Positions 39,380 through 53,591 are shown, numbered from the stretch's first letter. The stretch is DNA of 64,000 nt from Chlorokybus atmophyticus (GCA_009103225.1 RHPI01001616.1:498731-562730); one strand, 5' to 3'. Numbers and translations are program-made. Notes: generated from the letters alone by a model not told the origin.

Positions 39380-39989
39380 AGACAGCAACATGTTGTGCGC
39401 ATAGTTGTTAGGCTGGATGGCTGAGACTGCGCTGCGGCATAACGTGGGCCATTGCTGCCGTCTGATACCTTGCCAGACAGCAATGCAGCGGCCAAGCAGA
39501 CAGTAAACAAGTCCCGCAATGCAAGTGGGTAATGTTGCTATGCTTGCTGGAAGAAGGCCTTTGAGGCAAGGCCTGTGTTATTGAGCAGCCGCACTGCAAT
39601 GGTTGGACAGATCTTTCGTGCCTAGCTCGAGTGGCTTACGAATGGCGCGCTGGCCTTTTACAGAAATGCTGCAACAATGCCAGCTTGTTGGTTGGCACAC
39701 TATCAGTAGTACAAGACAACAAGCTGGCATTGTTGTCTTGCATTACTGGTAGTGTACAGAAAATGCAAGTGATGTATGCAATAAGCACGACATATGGACG
39801 CATGTGCTACAATGAAGGTTTGGTAATCGCAGTGGTGTAGTGGTCTCATGGATGCCTACCCTGACCCCATCAATATACAATAAATGCAATGCCGTGGCAA
39901 CAACATGCAAGCAAACCACATGCTCTCGCACAAGACCAAGCACGCAATGACATTCATCTTCAACATGACCACCGGGCTAGACACACCCT

Positions 39990-40215
39990 CACAAGCTACG
40001 CACTCTCACTATATGTGTATCACTTCTCTATGCTTAAAGCCGGCAGTACAGCACATTGTATACGTCACTGGGCTTGCATGGACGCTTGCTTCGCAGATAT
40101 CGTCGTTACCGCACTTCCACTACATGTGTACCACTTCTCAATGCTTGAAGCCGGCAGTACAGTGCATTGTATCCGTCATTGGCTTGCATGGACACTTGCT
40201 TCGCAGATACCATCG
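39990..40215. repeat. Two-unit tandem repeat of about 110 bp between the convergent eIF4E and RFC2 3' ends
   Basis: cactat/catgtgta.cacttctc.atgctt.aagccggcagtacag...cttgcatggac.cttgcttcgcagata occurs twice. Confidence 0.8.
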
Positions 40216-40613
40216 TTGAGCTGAATGGATTCGCAATCCCTGTGTATGTTCTAGACATGTGGCGAATAGTACCAAGCAGACATTGGTGTATACAAATGAG
40301 CATGCTGCATCCATGCGTTGCAACTGCACATCCTGCTATGTCTATGGGAGCTCTACATTAACTGAGCTCCCATACATAGCAGGATGTGCAGTTGCAACGC
40401 AAGGTGCTGCGCACGTTGCTTATGCCACAACAACACTTACACCGTCAGCAACCACCCACATAGCATATGCAACCAGCCTAACAGTGCATGCAACTGGCAC
40501 ACTGCTGCCTCGCCGCAGTTGTGCGCCAAGAGACCAACAACCGCTATACAACGACAGTTATATAAAGCCTCTCACCAACCCACCCCCGCACGCACGTACA
40601 GCTACTACTACTA

Positions 40614-43174
40614 CTACTTCCCTTTCTGCGCCTGCTTTTGCACTTTACACAAGCGAGCCAGCAGCCCCGACAGCTGCAAAAGGGACCCAACACCATCCGT
40701 TATCCTCACGTGGGTGAACCCAACCTCCTGCACACACATACCCACATGACACAACTCCACAGCAACCCAACATATCTCACCCAAAACTCACTCACTCACC
40801 CTGATATATTCCAACTTGAGATACTCGGGCATCTCGTAATTCTTCACGACACGAAAGAGCGTGGTGATGATGTCCGTGGCGCTGTAACCCATGTCGTACA
40901 GCGTCTTCATACCACCGTACGCGTCGTCCAGGTTGCCGGCGACGCAGTGCTTGATCATCGTGTGCACCAGCAGCGGATGCGGCTGATCACACACCTGCAT
41001 AAAGAGTGTGTGCGCATGTGTGTGCGTGTGCGTGAGCTCTCGCGTGTGTGTATGTGTGCGTGCGCCCGCGTGTGCGTGTACGTGAACAAGAGCATGATTG
41101 TGGGTAAGCATATATGACTAGTGAAGTCAAACCAAGGTGAGTCTAAGAGAGCGACAAGCACAACAAATCAAGTGAGGTGGTGTCTCACCACCGCAGTAAG
41201 ATTAACAGTACAAGTGACAATGGATCCCAACATGCACGCAAGCATGCATGCCACACATCAACACTCTTCCCCACCTTGAAGACGTTCTCCTGGTCGACGA
41301 GACCAAATCCGGTGTACGTGGCCTGCAGGTTGTTGAGCCCCTGCCTCATGTCCCCATCGGCCGTGAACACCACAGCCTCCAGACCCTCCTTCACGTACGG
41401 CACCTGCACACATAGATGTTGAGTAGCATCATAGTTTACACGCTTACACACGCACACACACGCGCATGCGCACACCCACCTACAACCAAACAGACGCACA
41501 CATGATAGTATAGGTCTGCGTCTGTGCGCGTGCCAGCATGCGCACAGACGCACAGGTGTTGACCCGCACACCCACACGCACGTGGACGCTGCATGGACAC
41601 GCGCACACGCATGCGACATACGGTGTGTGTATGTGTGCACGCACGCACGCACGCACGCACGCAACCCTGACCCCCACCTTCTCCATCTGCGCGACCTGCA
41701 GTAAGCGATCCAGCACCTCCCCGTCCCCCAACCGCGTGAACCGCACGACGGCGCAGCGCGACTGGATCGGCTCGATGATCTTGGACGAGGTGTTGCAGGC
41801 GAGGGCGAAACGCGTCGTGGAGGAGTGGAGCTCCATCGTGCGGCGGAGGGCCTGCTGGGCGCCCGAAGTCATGCTGCGGAAGACACATGTGTTGGTGTGA
41901 GTGGGTGCATGCATTCATGCACACATGAGCATGTACGTTTGTGTGTGCGCACGGGGGCGTGCGTGCACACGTGTTTCACGTGTGATGTCGTGCAGTATGG
42001 AGTGCACTGCATGTACTCTGCACGCAAGATACTGCGACTGCGCCACACTTGCTGAACACAACTTCTTACTGGACTGCTTGCTGTCAACTGTTAGTCAATT
42101 TGTGACAATGTTTATAACAACTCAGCAGCTGTGCACTACTTGTATACACCACAACACCCACGCACACATGCAGTCACTCACGCGCACGCGCTCGCGCGCA
42201 CCTGTCTGCCTCGTCCAGCAGCACGATCTTGTGCCTCCCCGCCGGCAGCGTCACCTTCTTCTGCGCAAACATCTTGATCTTGTTCCGCACCACATCGATA
42301 CCCCTGTGCGACAACACACAACTCTCTCGCTCCCTCCCGCACGCAACGACAACAAACAACCACAATAACACCTGTCGTCTGAGGCGTTCAGTTCGAGGAC
42401 GGCTTCCTTGAATGCGGGACCCAACAATGCGTGCGCGAGGGCGAGGATGCTCGTCGTCTTGCCGGTGCCGGGAGGACCCTGGGGGTGGACAAATGTGCGT
42501 GCGGGCGTGCGTGCGGGCGGGTGCGGGCGTGTGTGTGTGTGTGCGCGCGTGTGTGCGTATGCGAGTGCGTGCATGTGTGTGCGTACCGCAAAGATGAGGT
42601 TGGGCATGTTGCCGTCTTCAGCAATGACCTGAGCGTTTAACACAAACTTACGACTCCTAAGCAGTCATTCACTCATTTGCTCGTCCTCACACACGCATGC
42701 ACGCTGTCCCTCACTAAGTCTTCACCAACAAACCAATTGTTTCTTTACCACCATTCTTCAACTACCAATCAACAACAATTGTCACCACATGTACAATGCA
42801 TGTCTGTTCTGCTCGTCTGCTTGTCAGGTCATATCTTGTCGCTTCTCTCATAGCAGCACACAATTCTACTTCTCAACCCATCCGTCATGCATTGACGTGT
42901 GCAACACAAAAGAAGGCATTCAAATAGCAGCTCATAAACGCAATAAACACACACGCATGCAAACACACTCGCTCACTTGTAGTCGTCCGACGGCGTCAAC
43001 ATTCCCAACAATGTCCTTGATCTTCGCCGGCCTGTACTTCTCCACCCAAGGCAACTCAAACCCATTGTTGCTGTTGTTATTACTCTTGTTGTTGTTGTCG
43101 TCCTTGTTGTTGTTGTTGTTGTTGGCCTGCTGTGGTGCAGAGGCGGCGGCGGCTCTGTCCTCGTCAACGTCCAT
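40614..43174 (-). CDS. RFC2: Replication factor C subunit 2 (human RFC2/yeast Rfc4 type), 8 exons, poly-Asn N-terminus
   Basis: [26 protein letters not shown]|[36 protein letters not shown] and EVGFTHVRI. An alternative start is at 43180. Confidence 0.96.
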
Positions 43175-44105
43175 AACCATGACTAAGGAGAAGGAGGACG
43201 GGCCAGACAAGGAGGGGCCAGAGGACGATGATGATGCCGCCGGCGACGGCGATGAAGTGGACGTAAGCTCTGGACGGCGCCCCCGACCACCACAACAACA
43301 CAGACAGGCACAGCAACCAAAATACGGTTTTGCGTGGAAATGGCCATTAGGCTAGTGTACAGGCGGCGGCGGCGGCGGTGAGGTTGTGGGTGTTGTTGTT
43401 GGTTGTGTCCTTGTCCTTGTTGTTGTTGTGGAGGTGTGAGGGGCGTTGTTGGTGTTGTTGAGGTGCCCAAAGTAGCGAAGGGAGGCAGCGATGTGGTTTG
43501 GGCTGTCAGAAACGGTTCACGTAAGCATGCCAGCAATGTTTTTAATTTGTACTTGCCTTGTACTGTGAATGTGACAGCCACCGTACCCATCATAAAATGT
43601 GGCTTATCAAGAGATTGATGGTCTATGCCTTTCTGAGTTCTTGCTGGCTTCCACAATCTTTAAGACCGTATGGTTTACTATTTTCTGCTTTAATGATACA
43701 CTCGCGCTCAGGCATGCACCCAGGCATTCACTTGCGCGTTGTCGCTGACACTTCAACTTGCACTAACGCATTCAACCACACATGCACACACGCGCGTATG
43801 TACAATCACACATGCACTTGAACGCACACGCACGCATGTGCGCGCGCGCGCACACACACACTTCTGCTCACACATTGATTCACTCGGGCATTCATACACT
43901 TACTCGCTGACACGCAGACTCGCACGCATGCACACATGCACGTGCTCACACGCACATGCAAGTTTGCACGCACGCACGCACAGTGTGCGGGTGTATGTGC
44001 ATGTGTGGGTGCACTAAAGTAGAAACACCCTCGCTCACACGGTTACTCACTCAGGTCAGTGAGGCGTTCACTCCCTCACTCCCACTGATCTCGCAGTCAC
44101 ACACG

Positions 44106-44119
44106 CCCCCCACCCCCCC

Positions 44120-44215
<96 letters not shown>

Positions 44216-44216
44216 N
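44106..44216. repeat. About 110-bp poly-C tract ending in N
   Basis: Homopolymer next to an ambiguous base. Confidence 0.9.
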
Positions 44217-44217
44217 G

Positions 44218-44380
44218 AGTCTCAGCACGCGTTTTTCGGTATGGTTCTCGTCCATCCCGCTAACGACGGCGGTGGTGCTGTGCGTCTGCTGCGCGGTTTA
44301 CGTGGTCTGCCTCCTCGCGGGCATCGACGACTTCTCGTACGTATGCGTGCAGCCGGTCGCCATGGTACAGAACCTACAAG
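44218..44380 (+). pseudogene. Isolated exon of a rhomboid-like protein (plant RBL15 type) inside the FucT pseudogene
   Basis: LSTRFSVWFSSIPLTTAVVLCVCCAVYVVCLLAGIDDFSYVCVQPVAMVQNLQ|G closely resembles the RBL15 N-terminus (WW-x-x-IPFLTSSVVVVCGVIYLICLLTGYDTFYEVCFLP...FQ|V, from recall). It ends at a GT donor and no further RBL exons were found. Confidence 0.72.
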
Positions 44381-46952
44381 GTGGGGGGTTACCACGCATG
44401 GCGAGAAGGCACGCATGCACGTGATCACACGCGTGCACACACACACACACGCACGCGCACGGTCACATGTGCATACGCATTGCATCACAACAGACACATC
44501 GCTGTCTGCTCTTCCAGTGGCTGCATTGTTCACTCTACAGATACCAACCACATCCCAGACAGACGTTCCTACATGCATGGCATACACCCATGCCCACGCA
44601 TTGGTTTGCAACGCATGCGCGTGAGCGCATACCCCCCCCACCCCCACCCCCCCACCACACACACACACGCACACAACTTACCCCCACACCACACCCACCC
44701 ACTCGGGGGAGGAGGTAGGGGAGAGAGGTGTAACTAGGTTCACGATGGAATTCGCTTGCAAAACGTTCATCTTGCTGTGAGTCGTTGTTGTTATGAGTGC
44801 ACGCGAGTGCGCGCGCACGTATGCGTGTGGATCTGCACGCCAACTTGCATGTGCATATGTGTGTTAACATCGAGTGTTGATGCTTGTGTGTGTGTTTGCT
44901 TACATGCGTGTCTCTGTGTGTGCCGTAGTGGGTGTGTGATCGAGTCGTCGAGTACTGCACTGCACCAACCCTGCATGTTGTGTGCGCACACACGCACAAC
45001 AACAACAACACACAGGCGCTGTGAGATATACTGGCCCGACCACGAGCCCGCCTTCACATCCCCGTACCTCGACACTCGCTTCACGCCCTCTTCACCTCCC
45101 CCCCCCCCCCNCACATCCCCGTACCTCGACACTCGCTTCACGCCCTCTTCACCTCCCCCCCACCCCCACCCCACCCCCACAACAACCCCACATTGCCACA
45201 ACTCCTCTGCTCCCGCTTCCACCACGACGGTAAAGTGAGGCGATTGGAAGGTGAACCCGCTTATGGTGTGACAGAGATCGGACCAACGGCGTGGTTCGTT
45301 GAGAGGAGGTGAAAGAAGGCGTGATTGATGTCGCGTTGCCACGTGAGACGGAGTTCATCTGAAGCAATCGCGGGCTGGATTGGGCACTATTTGCGCTGTT
45401 CCCGCAACAGCGAAAAGCGTGTGTGTTGTGTGCAAACACCAATGGCTTGTAGCCGTCAACGTGCGCGTGTGTATGTGACGCATGCGTGCATGTGTACGTG
45501 CACACATGCACACACACGTGCGCGTGCACGCACTCGCAACCGCACACACACACACACACACACATGTGCGCGCACACGTATTCACATTGACATGTGTTGT
45601 TGCTCCATTGCATATTCCAGTGCGAAGGAGTTGGAACGGTTGAGGGAGACAGCCTTCTTCTGCGGGCTGAACTTCATTCTGGCGCCGGGCCAGGCCGTGC
45701 GGAGCCGCGTGGACACATACATAAACATCCTCATGGATCCCTATGCAAGTCACAACAGTGTTGTCATCGCATGTGAAGTTCAGTACACAGGCTTGAGCAG
45801 TCCGGATGTACATTGTGTTATGTTATCACAGGTGGTTGCATGCACGCCGTCACACATGTGTCTTTGTGTGCTGCATGTGCTTGTTGAAGCACGTCCAAAA
45901 ACAGTGCGTGTGAACACATGTGCACACACATGTGCTCACACGCACTCATGCATACGCACACGGTTCGCGCTCCCACATCAGCACTTGTACACGCTTACTG
46001 GTGCACGCACCCCTGTGTGGGTGGGTGGGTGGGTGGGTGCGCACACATGCGCGAGCGTGCGCGTGTGTGTGACTATGACGCACCCATTTGCGCCGGCGCA
46101 CAAAGGAGAGGGAGAATAGTGTGGTTCTTCGCGTCGGGCTCGAAGGGCTGAGAGAGGATGTGAAACAAGTCTGCAGGGATAAGGTGAAGGAGAGGTATGA
46201 TCAACTAAGTTGAGATCAGAGACCTACGACTCAGATCAGAGAGACCTGAGTCGTAGGTCAGAAAAGCACGCGCTTATGTGTATGCATGCACTTATGCACA
46301 CACGCACGCATGCGCGTACACACGCGTACGGTCGGGCAGGCATGCACTCCCTATTGACAAGCAGCACACACGCACATGCGCACGCAGACGTGCACACACG
46401 TACGCACTCACGCGCCCACGCGCACGCATGCACGCTCTTGTCTCTCTCTCTCTCCCACCTGTTCGATATTCTGCTCTCTTGTTCTTCTCGCTCTCCCTCC
46501 TCCTCCACGACACCTTTTCCGAGCGACACTCCTTCGTCGCGTGCGACTGCTACGTCGTCTCGCCGCCGCAATACTCCACTGTAGCTGTGAGGAGATCCGA
46601 TCTCTAGAGGGAGAGCACTTATGTTCCGCCAACAACGAGATTGAAAGGAACGTCAAGTGTGAAGTCGTGTAAAAGGATAGATAAGGCGTTCGATGCGCGG
46701 TTTCATTTATGACTTCGATAGGGTGGGCATGTGCGCGCGTGTGTGTACAGTTTCCCGCGCTAATGTCATTAATGTTCAAAGACAATTTTAATAGGCAATT
46801 GTTGTTGACCACGAGAATGCAGTTTTACGTAATAAAACAGCACACTCGAAATGTCAGTGGGGTCGATTAGGTAGCGAGGAATATATTGCCAGCATGGGCA
46901 TTCTACCTTTAAAATATTTTCCTTTAACACATCACATGTGAATTTCTTGGAC

Positions 46953-46985
<33 letters not shown>

Positions 46986-49900
46986 TGTGTGTGTGTATAT
47001 GTAATTATGTAGAATTAGGAAACTTGATGCTAGACTAAGTATATTTATGTGCCGTGTCAGCATGTGATAACGTGGCTTGGGGTTGTAAGTAAAACCTCAC
47101 TTGCAGCATATTCACTCAACCGTGCTTGTGCGTATTTGTGGCGCAACGCATTGGGTATAGAGGGTTTTGGGGTCCAATAATGAGTTAAAGCTGAATGACG
47201 GTCAACACATCAAGGTGTAATTCAATTATGTTCGTAGGATTATATGAGATAAGCCATGTTGATTTATGACAATCATAGTGGTTGAAACGGTGTGGAGGCA
47301 TGGTAAGAATGGTATATTAGGGTTCTTGACTTGCATTGCAATTGCATTTCAATGAGCACAAGCCCTTGGTTATTTAAGAGCGTACAGCTACTTACACAGG
47401 CTAACGGACGTGGGTTAACCATTGCCTTGGTTGTTTTGCCTTAAGTATGCATATGCTTCAAGAATATGCACGAAACTGATAATGCGCGCTTGTTGTGAGT
47501 GCCGTATCATGTTTATAGGTAAAACATGAAAGGTAGCTTCGCAAAAATTCCAAGCTGGCACACATGCATGACACTTGCCACGCAAGAAGTCTATTGTCAA
47601 TGTGCGTCTTGCTGCTGTATCCTTGTGATCATGAGTCGACACCGCCCTTGCTGCCGCTGCTTGCGCAAGTGCGCACGTAATTGCATTGGGCCTCTAGCCA
47701 ACCCTCTGGTGTAATTGATATAGGGTATTGCTTGCTAGCTTGGTTTGAATGTAAGAACGCGCATGATGGCGCATGTATGGCACATCTTACTAAATTAATG
47801 CATGGGAAGAAGCTATGACATGTAGAGATGGAAAAGACGCAGCATGAAGGGGCCATGATAAGCTACTGGACGATTCCATTACTGACGAGGTTCAGCACGA
47901 TAATTCTCTTGGCGGTTTAAACAATAATGTCTCTTAAACACGTCGAGCATACTCTCATGCGAATGAAATGCTATAGGATAAACTTTGTTCTTATAACCGA
48001 GAAGACTGTTTATGGTTGTGTACAGTAGTAAAAGTTGCAAATTGTCCATTGTTGATTGTGACGTTTTAAGCTAATCGTATCGGATTGTGGTTTTGCATGG
48101 AGATTTAATGTGTGCACAGAGTGAAAGCGTGTTGTAAGCATGCCAAGTCTGTGAACTTTAAGCTCAAAATAAATGCAAAAGCTGTGTGTAAGACTTGGTG
48201 CAATTCTTGTTGGCAACCCTGTGCGAGGATAATTATGCATGCGCATTATCTGCAATACACACTCAGGTAATCTGACCGCAAGACTATGTGCAAAATCCTT
48301 GTTTGTTTGAACCACACTACAAGCCGTGTTGAGATTCGCAAAGTAGCCTCAATGCGAGCAGCACCACAAGTCTACACTTGTTGTGCATGTACGCATGCGC
48401 ACATGCTTGCGTGCACAAATAAAGAAAACCCCAAGCAATCGCGCGCGTGCGCGCGTGTGTGTGGCAAGTATTATTGCATTACGGACATCATTTATGTACA
48501 TCATTTGCTGATATGCACTCCATGCATGAAGCACGGCGCTGCATACGTATGCAACCATCTGTTATCAAGTGCGAGTGTATTTTATTTAATCTTATAGGCC
48601 CGCACCGGTCATTATGATCTCTGGACTTGATATAAGGTAAAGCAGACTCGCAAACATGGTAAGCTTAATGAAACTATTACCATGAGTCATCAGTCATGTA
48701 TAGTGCAAGGGTAGGGTGGGTAGGAGGAGGTTGAACAGTGTCGTTTCTATTGTTGTTGTAGTTGTATCATAGTTGTAACATAGTTGTATCATTGCTGTTG
48801 TTGCTTACCAATCGCACAGATATATGTATAACATAGCATCGCATATTGTCCTCCCTTATTCCATCTTTTTTATATTACGGCAGTGCAAGGGGCACTTGTT
48901 CAAAGAGTTGTTGTTGATTTTTGATAGATTCGGCCTCTGCGCATGTGCACGCATGCATGCACACACAAACACGCACATATATGCACGCATGCTTGCCCAG
49001 CGCGTGGATACACGTTATCGTGCGCGTGCGTGTCGGTGGCGCTAACTTGCTAACTTGCCTTGAAGGCATCGGTTATAAAGGCTTTTACAGTCATACTTTA
49101 TAAGTGGGTGTAACATAATTACGCTGATATGATTCACATGCGACTCATAATCGCTGGTTGTGACTGGTTTAGTAGTTTTGGAAGCGAAATTGGTTGAAAG
49201 TTTCAACCTAAAGGATTGTAGAGGCAAAGTAGGCATGGTATGTAAGTGTTCTTGACTTGTGTTGCAGCTAGTTCTTGAGCGCAAGTTCTTTCTCCTATTG
49301 AGAATATACATGTGATGCGGAGGACCCTAGATACCCATATGACCTTAGCTGGTTATTATAGCTAGTGAACACTCATTGATCTGAAGCATATCGAGTGCAG
49401 TAGTCCATCTTAAGAAAGGCATTGATCGGTTCAACTGCATGCAAAGGAGGCCTAAGCGACACCAGCAGGTGAACTGTTTTGGAAAACCCGCAGATATTCT
49501 GACGAAAAAACTCAGCACGCAGCTAAATATTTGCATGAAAGAGCGGGAGGCTTCAGAGGATCGCAATCGTGGCGTTATAGATTCTTAGCGTAGCGGTTGT
49601 TATTGTAACGTCCAAGCGCTAGCCCAGTCATGTACAAACCATGAGACAGCAAGTGTTCAAGTGGAACCGGAGTAATTCAGCTATGTTGCCATACCGTGAG
49701 TCTAACCCTTCTGTGCTTGCGTAGGCATGGTAGCTTTGCTTGCGTGTATTGACATGCATTTGCATCCGTGTCATACACATCATTGCTTGGCTGCTTGCAT
49801 CGCGAAATCGATTCCTTAAATATACAAGTTATCCTCCATATCATTCACGATCAGTTCATGCATGCCATACTTTCTCTCTTGTGAAAATTCACATGCTGGC

Positions 49901-51263
49901 AGTTTGACCGATTCATCTATGCAAATTGCATTCAGCTTGTTGAATAATCAACAAGCATGTGTACCAAAGAATTCTTGTCATTATAGATGCGAAAATCGGA
50001 GGTACATAAAGCTTGACTTGGGAATAGCGGAGCTTGTAACGTATCTGTACCATTTGCAAATGCAAATGCAAGAGTTGTATGGTACGGGATGACAGTGTCC
50101 TGCATAGCCATATTGTTATGGTGGATAGCACTGCTGCATGATGCTTGGGCGAAGGGTCTCTACACCATATGGCACGAGCGCTAAAGGCACGACATACAGC
50201 TACTTAGAGAGGCTTCAGGACTCGAAATTCGTTCCCTTGGTTGTATGCTTGCCTTGCGTGTGAGCATGCACGTGCTTGGATATGCTTACAAGTGTGAAGT
50301 GTATGAGCGCGTGCACACCTTATAAATGGACTCAGCTCGCATCTCGCAGTATATCACATGTCAATTGCAAGTGCAGCAGCTCGTGCTCGGTTAGTCTTGG
50401 TTGGCTAAGACACGCGCTTGTTACCTGCGCTCAACTCGTTGGCATAAAGGTGTGCAGATGTTGTGGTTGGAAGACATGGAATGCTCGTGGAACATAAACA
50501 GGAGCTGGTCTGGAGGAGCCTTGGAGGACAGAGAAGGGTTGCCCGAGAAGGAGGTGCCTACTTCCCCGAGCAAGGACGAGTAAGCCTGTCAAGGAAGACC
50601 GCTAGGACGTTGAAGAGGAGGAGCCTGATTTAATGGACATGTTGTTGAATATGAAATGGAGGGATCGCAGACGTGTTTCGGCGGTCGGCCCGGCATTGAA
50701 GCTTGAACCGACATAAAGGATAGGTTCGAATGTCGCATGATCGGCAGGTTGGCACGTGATATGTTATGGACCGAGCACAAAGAGTTCGAGATGATCATGA
50801 TGCCCGAGATCCTGATGAATGAAGCTTTGGGCACGTGGAGGGAGTTCAAGAGGAAGCTGGAGTACTCACAAAAAGGGCGCTTTCACTGTTGTGAGTGTCG
50901 TACCGTATGTCAATGAGTATGTACACTGCTGGGGCAGCTGAGGGAGGATCCAAATAGCATACATGCATGGAGGATGTTGCGATGTGTGAAGATGGAGACG
51001 GTGCATGAGGCCATGAAAAGCTGGTGGACATCCTCAAGCAACGACGAGATTTTGCTCGACAGCGTGTACAAGAGCAAGGTGCCGATGTAGCTGCGTACGC
51101 GTGTCCAAAAGATGGTATGCTTGTATGTATATTAGATAGAGTGCAAGGATTGTGTTGTTCAATTTACGGAGGGCATAGCAACAAGACACGAGTATGTACG
51201 CGCGACTTGCTTGAAAACAGCAAACCTGTGCCATACTACACATCAACAACTCAATTTTACATT

Positions 51264-53591
51264 CTATGTTGGCCCATGCCTCGGACTGCAAGGCAATGCG
51301 CCGTGCATCCTCAAAGTACTCATATCTGATAAGCTACTAGATGGATTGAGCAGTGACTGTGGTTGTGTGTGTTTGTGTCCGTTCGGTTCCAACCCGACCG
51401 AGCTGCTTCGGTAGTGATTGGCAAACCCAAAAGGTTGTGTCGGCATAACAACGTCCGATGCCACTGAATTGGCGCGCGAATGGGCCGCATAAGAAGGAGG
51501 CAAGAGAGGATTGTGTGATGATGTACTGGCTTCGGATGCAACTGAGTCGCTGCGCACGTGCATAGCAAATTGAGGGTGTGAGTCCGTGTGGCTGTGTGAG
51601 CCCTCGGATGTTGATGTTGTTGGGTTGTCCGGCGCATGTGCTCGCTCTTGATAGCTGTTCTTTTCTTCTGCTGCTGTTGGTAGTGCTGTTGTTGATGGTG
51701 GTGGTGGTTGTGGTGTCTTGCTTGCGGCCTCGCGTGCGGCTTCCTTTGCAGCAGCTTCGGACTCCTTGAGCAAGAACTCAATCCATGCGTTGGCAAATGA
51801 CTGCGTGGCATACAGATCCAATCAGTGTGCAAGCGCTACGCACCAAAAGTGTGTATGTGTGCATGCATGCACGCTGTCATGTGCGTGCATGTGTGCGTGC
51901 GCGTATGTACGTGGGTGCATTCGCGTATTGCGAACGGACGCGTGGGTGAGTCTGCACGCTTTGATGTGCACATGTGTGTGCGCGCACTAGACTACACTGT
52001 GTGTGCACTTTCTGGACCATGCCAGCTCATGCGCCCTTACCTCCTGTGTTGTCCCTGGTGACAGCGGTTGATCCCCGCTCGCATGCTTTCCCCCCGCGAG
52101 TCCACTCACGAGCATCTGCGGCATAGCCACCAGCCCCCTGAGCACACCTTTCGCAGGCGCCGGGATGAGACGGTTGCGCGAGCGCTGAATCGTGAGCTTC
52201 TCCTCGTCGGTGAAGCCGAGAATGCGCGCCATCACGTCCAGGACTTCTTGACTGTGGTGGCGCTCGAAATACGTCAACAACAACTTGATGACGATGCGCC
52301 TGTTGCCATGACACAATCACAGCACAGGTAAGGGTGCTTGTATGGGCGTGCGCGTGCGACAGAGCGTGACTGGCGGCAGCTTGCTGTTTGAGGGGCCAAC
52401 ATCTTGAGCGTGCGTGCATGCTTTAAACCAGCATACGGACTGGTGCGCTTGTGCGTGCACGCGTTTGTGTATCTTCCCACCTGTCCACAACATCATCCGA
52501 ATCCCACGCGAGCCTTTGCACTCGCACCATGCTGTGCTCCAGCGCGCGTCTGAGTAGCATGATCTCATCCTGAAGCTTCCTGCAAAAGGCTTCGCTCTCT
52601 TCCAACCGCATTTCTGTAGCACGCTGTTGAGACAACAATTCCTCATGCTTGGCGTGCGCGTCAACCACACGCGCAGACTCCTCTCCAAGCTGAGTCTGCA
52701 ATGTGGCGATCTCTCCATGCAAGCGGTGGATATCGTGACGCAACTTGTCCTCGTTCTCAGCTTGGGCGTAGTAAACACCCAAAGCACGCTGCAAGTTGTT
52801 CACTTCGGTGTCCTTTGAAGCCATAGCTGCCTGCCATGAAATGCCAACCAACATAGTTAACCACTAGTTGTATGAGAGAGCACGTGTGCATGTGTACACG
52901 CAAGAAGATGTGCCTGTGTGCATGCGTGTGCGCGCGCTCGCACACACACACACACAATGTCTACTTCTTGTAGTACTTCTTGTAGTGTTTATAACCTCAC
53001 CTTCAGGTCCACCACCTCCTGTTTGAGCTTCACGTTCTCCTCCGCCACTTTTGACATCTCATTGCTTGCATCCGCAGCCGTCTGTCGTGCTTGCGAGTAC
53101 TGCTCCTTCGTTCTGGAAAGCTCCGCCTGAGAGTCGGCGAGCGCGTGCTCCAGGAAAGAGATGCGGTCAGACTCCTCGTCGAGCTTGGATTGCTCCTCGG
53201 CGTCCTGCAAGGTGCATGTGTGCGTATGCGTGTGCGTGTGCGTGCGTATGCGAGCGTTGTGTCAACACATGCATACATATATACATATCTTATACACACC
53301 ATGCATGCCATGCCTTCTCCACTTTTCTATGATGTGTGTGTAAGCGCGCGTGTGTGCGCGTGTGTGTGTTCGTATGTATATACATGTGTGCGCGCGTGCA
53401 TGCGTGTGTGTCCAAGTTTTGCACGATTGATCAAAGCACTCTGCGTGCCACACCTTCTCCAACAGGTGCTGTTTGAGCCTAGCGAGGTCCCGCAGCGCCG
53501 CATCCCTCTCTCGTTCCACAACAGCCAGCCTCTCATACTCTTCCAGTCGCGCTTGCATGGCTTCCCCCAACTCTCACAACTGTCGCAACCG
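51264..53591 (-). CDS. GRAB-domain golgin (plant GC3/GC4, GMAP210/Rud3 family), C-terminal half only; in-frame TGA at 53574-53576 before ATG 53558
   Basis: RDLARLKQHLLEK, NLQRALGVYYA, DR|RIVIKLLLTYFERHHSQEVLDVMARILGF (GRAB) and SFANAWIEFLL (GA1). Five exons from 53558 give 484 aa. Confidence 0.82.

Larger units (their letters stand above)
43350..46700 (+). pseudogene. Pseudogene copy of the FucT-like gene (inverted duplicate of 29620-32558)
   Basis: ATG lost (gcatgcag > gtgtacag), frameshift in exon 1, exon 2 missing, exon 3 frameshifted, exon 5 mostly deleted, and a stop in exon 6. Introns are still alignable. Confidence 0.85.

Noticed and set aside
47090-49330. Weakly similar AT-rich segments at about 47.2-47.4 and 49.1-49.3 kb
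   Set aside because: Similarity is limited to short words and cannot be distinguished from chance by eye.
50440-51150. Protein-like fragments on + (GTWREFKRKL, EAMKSWW) suggestive of a Gag relic
   Set aside because: Motifs are in the wrong order and in different frames, with many stops.
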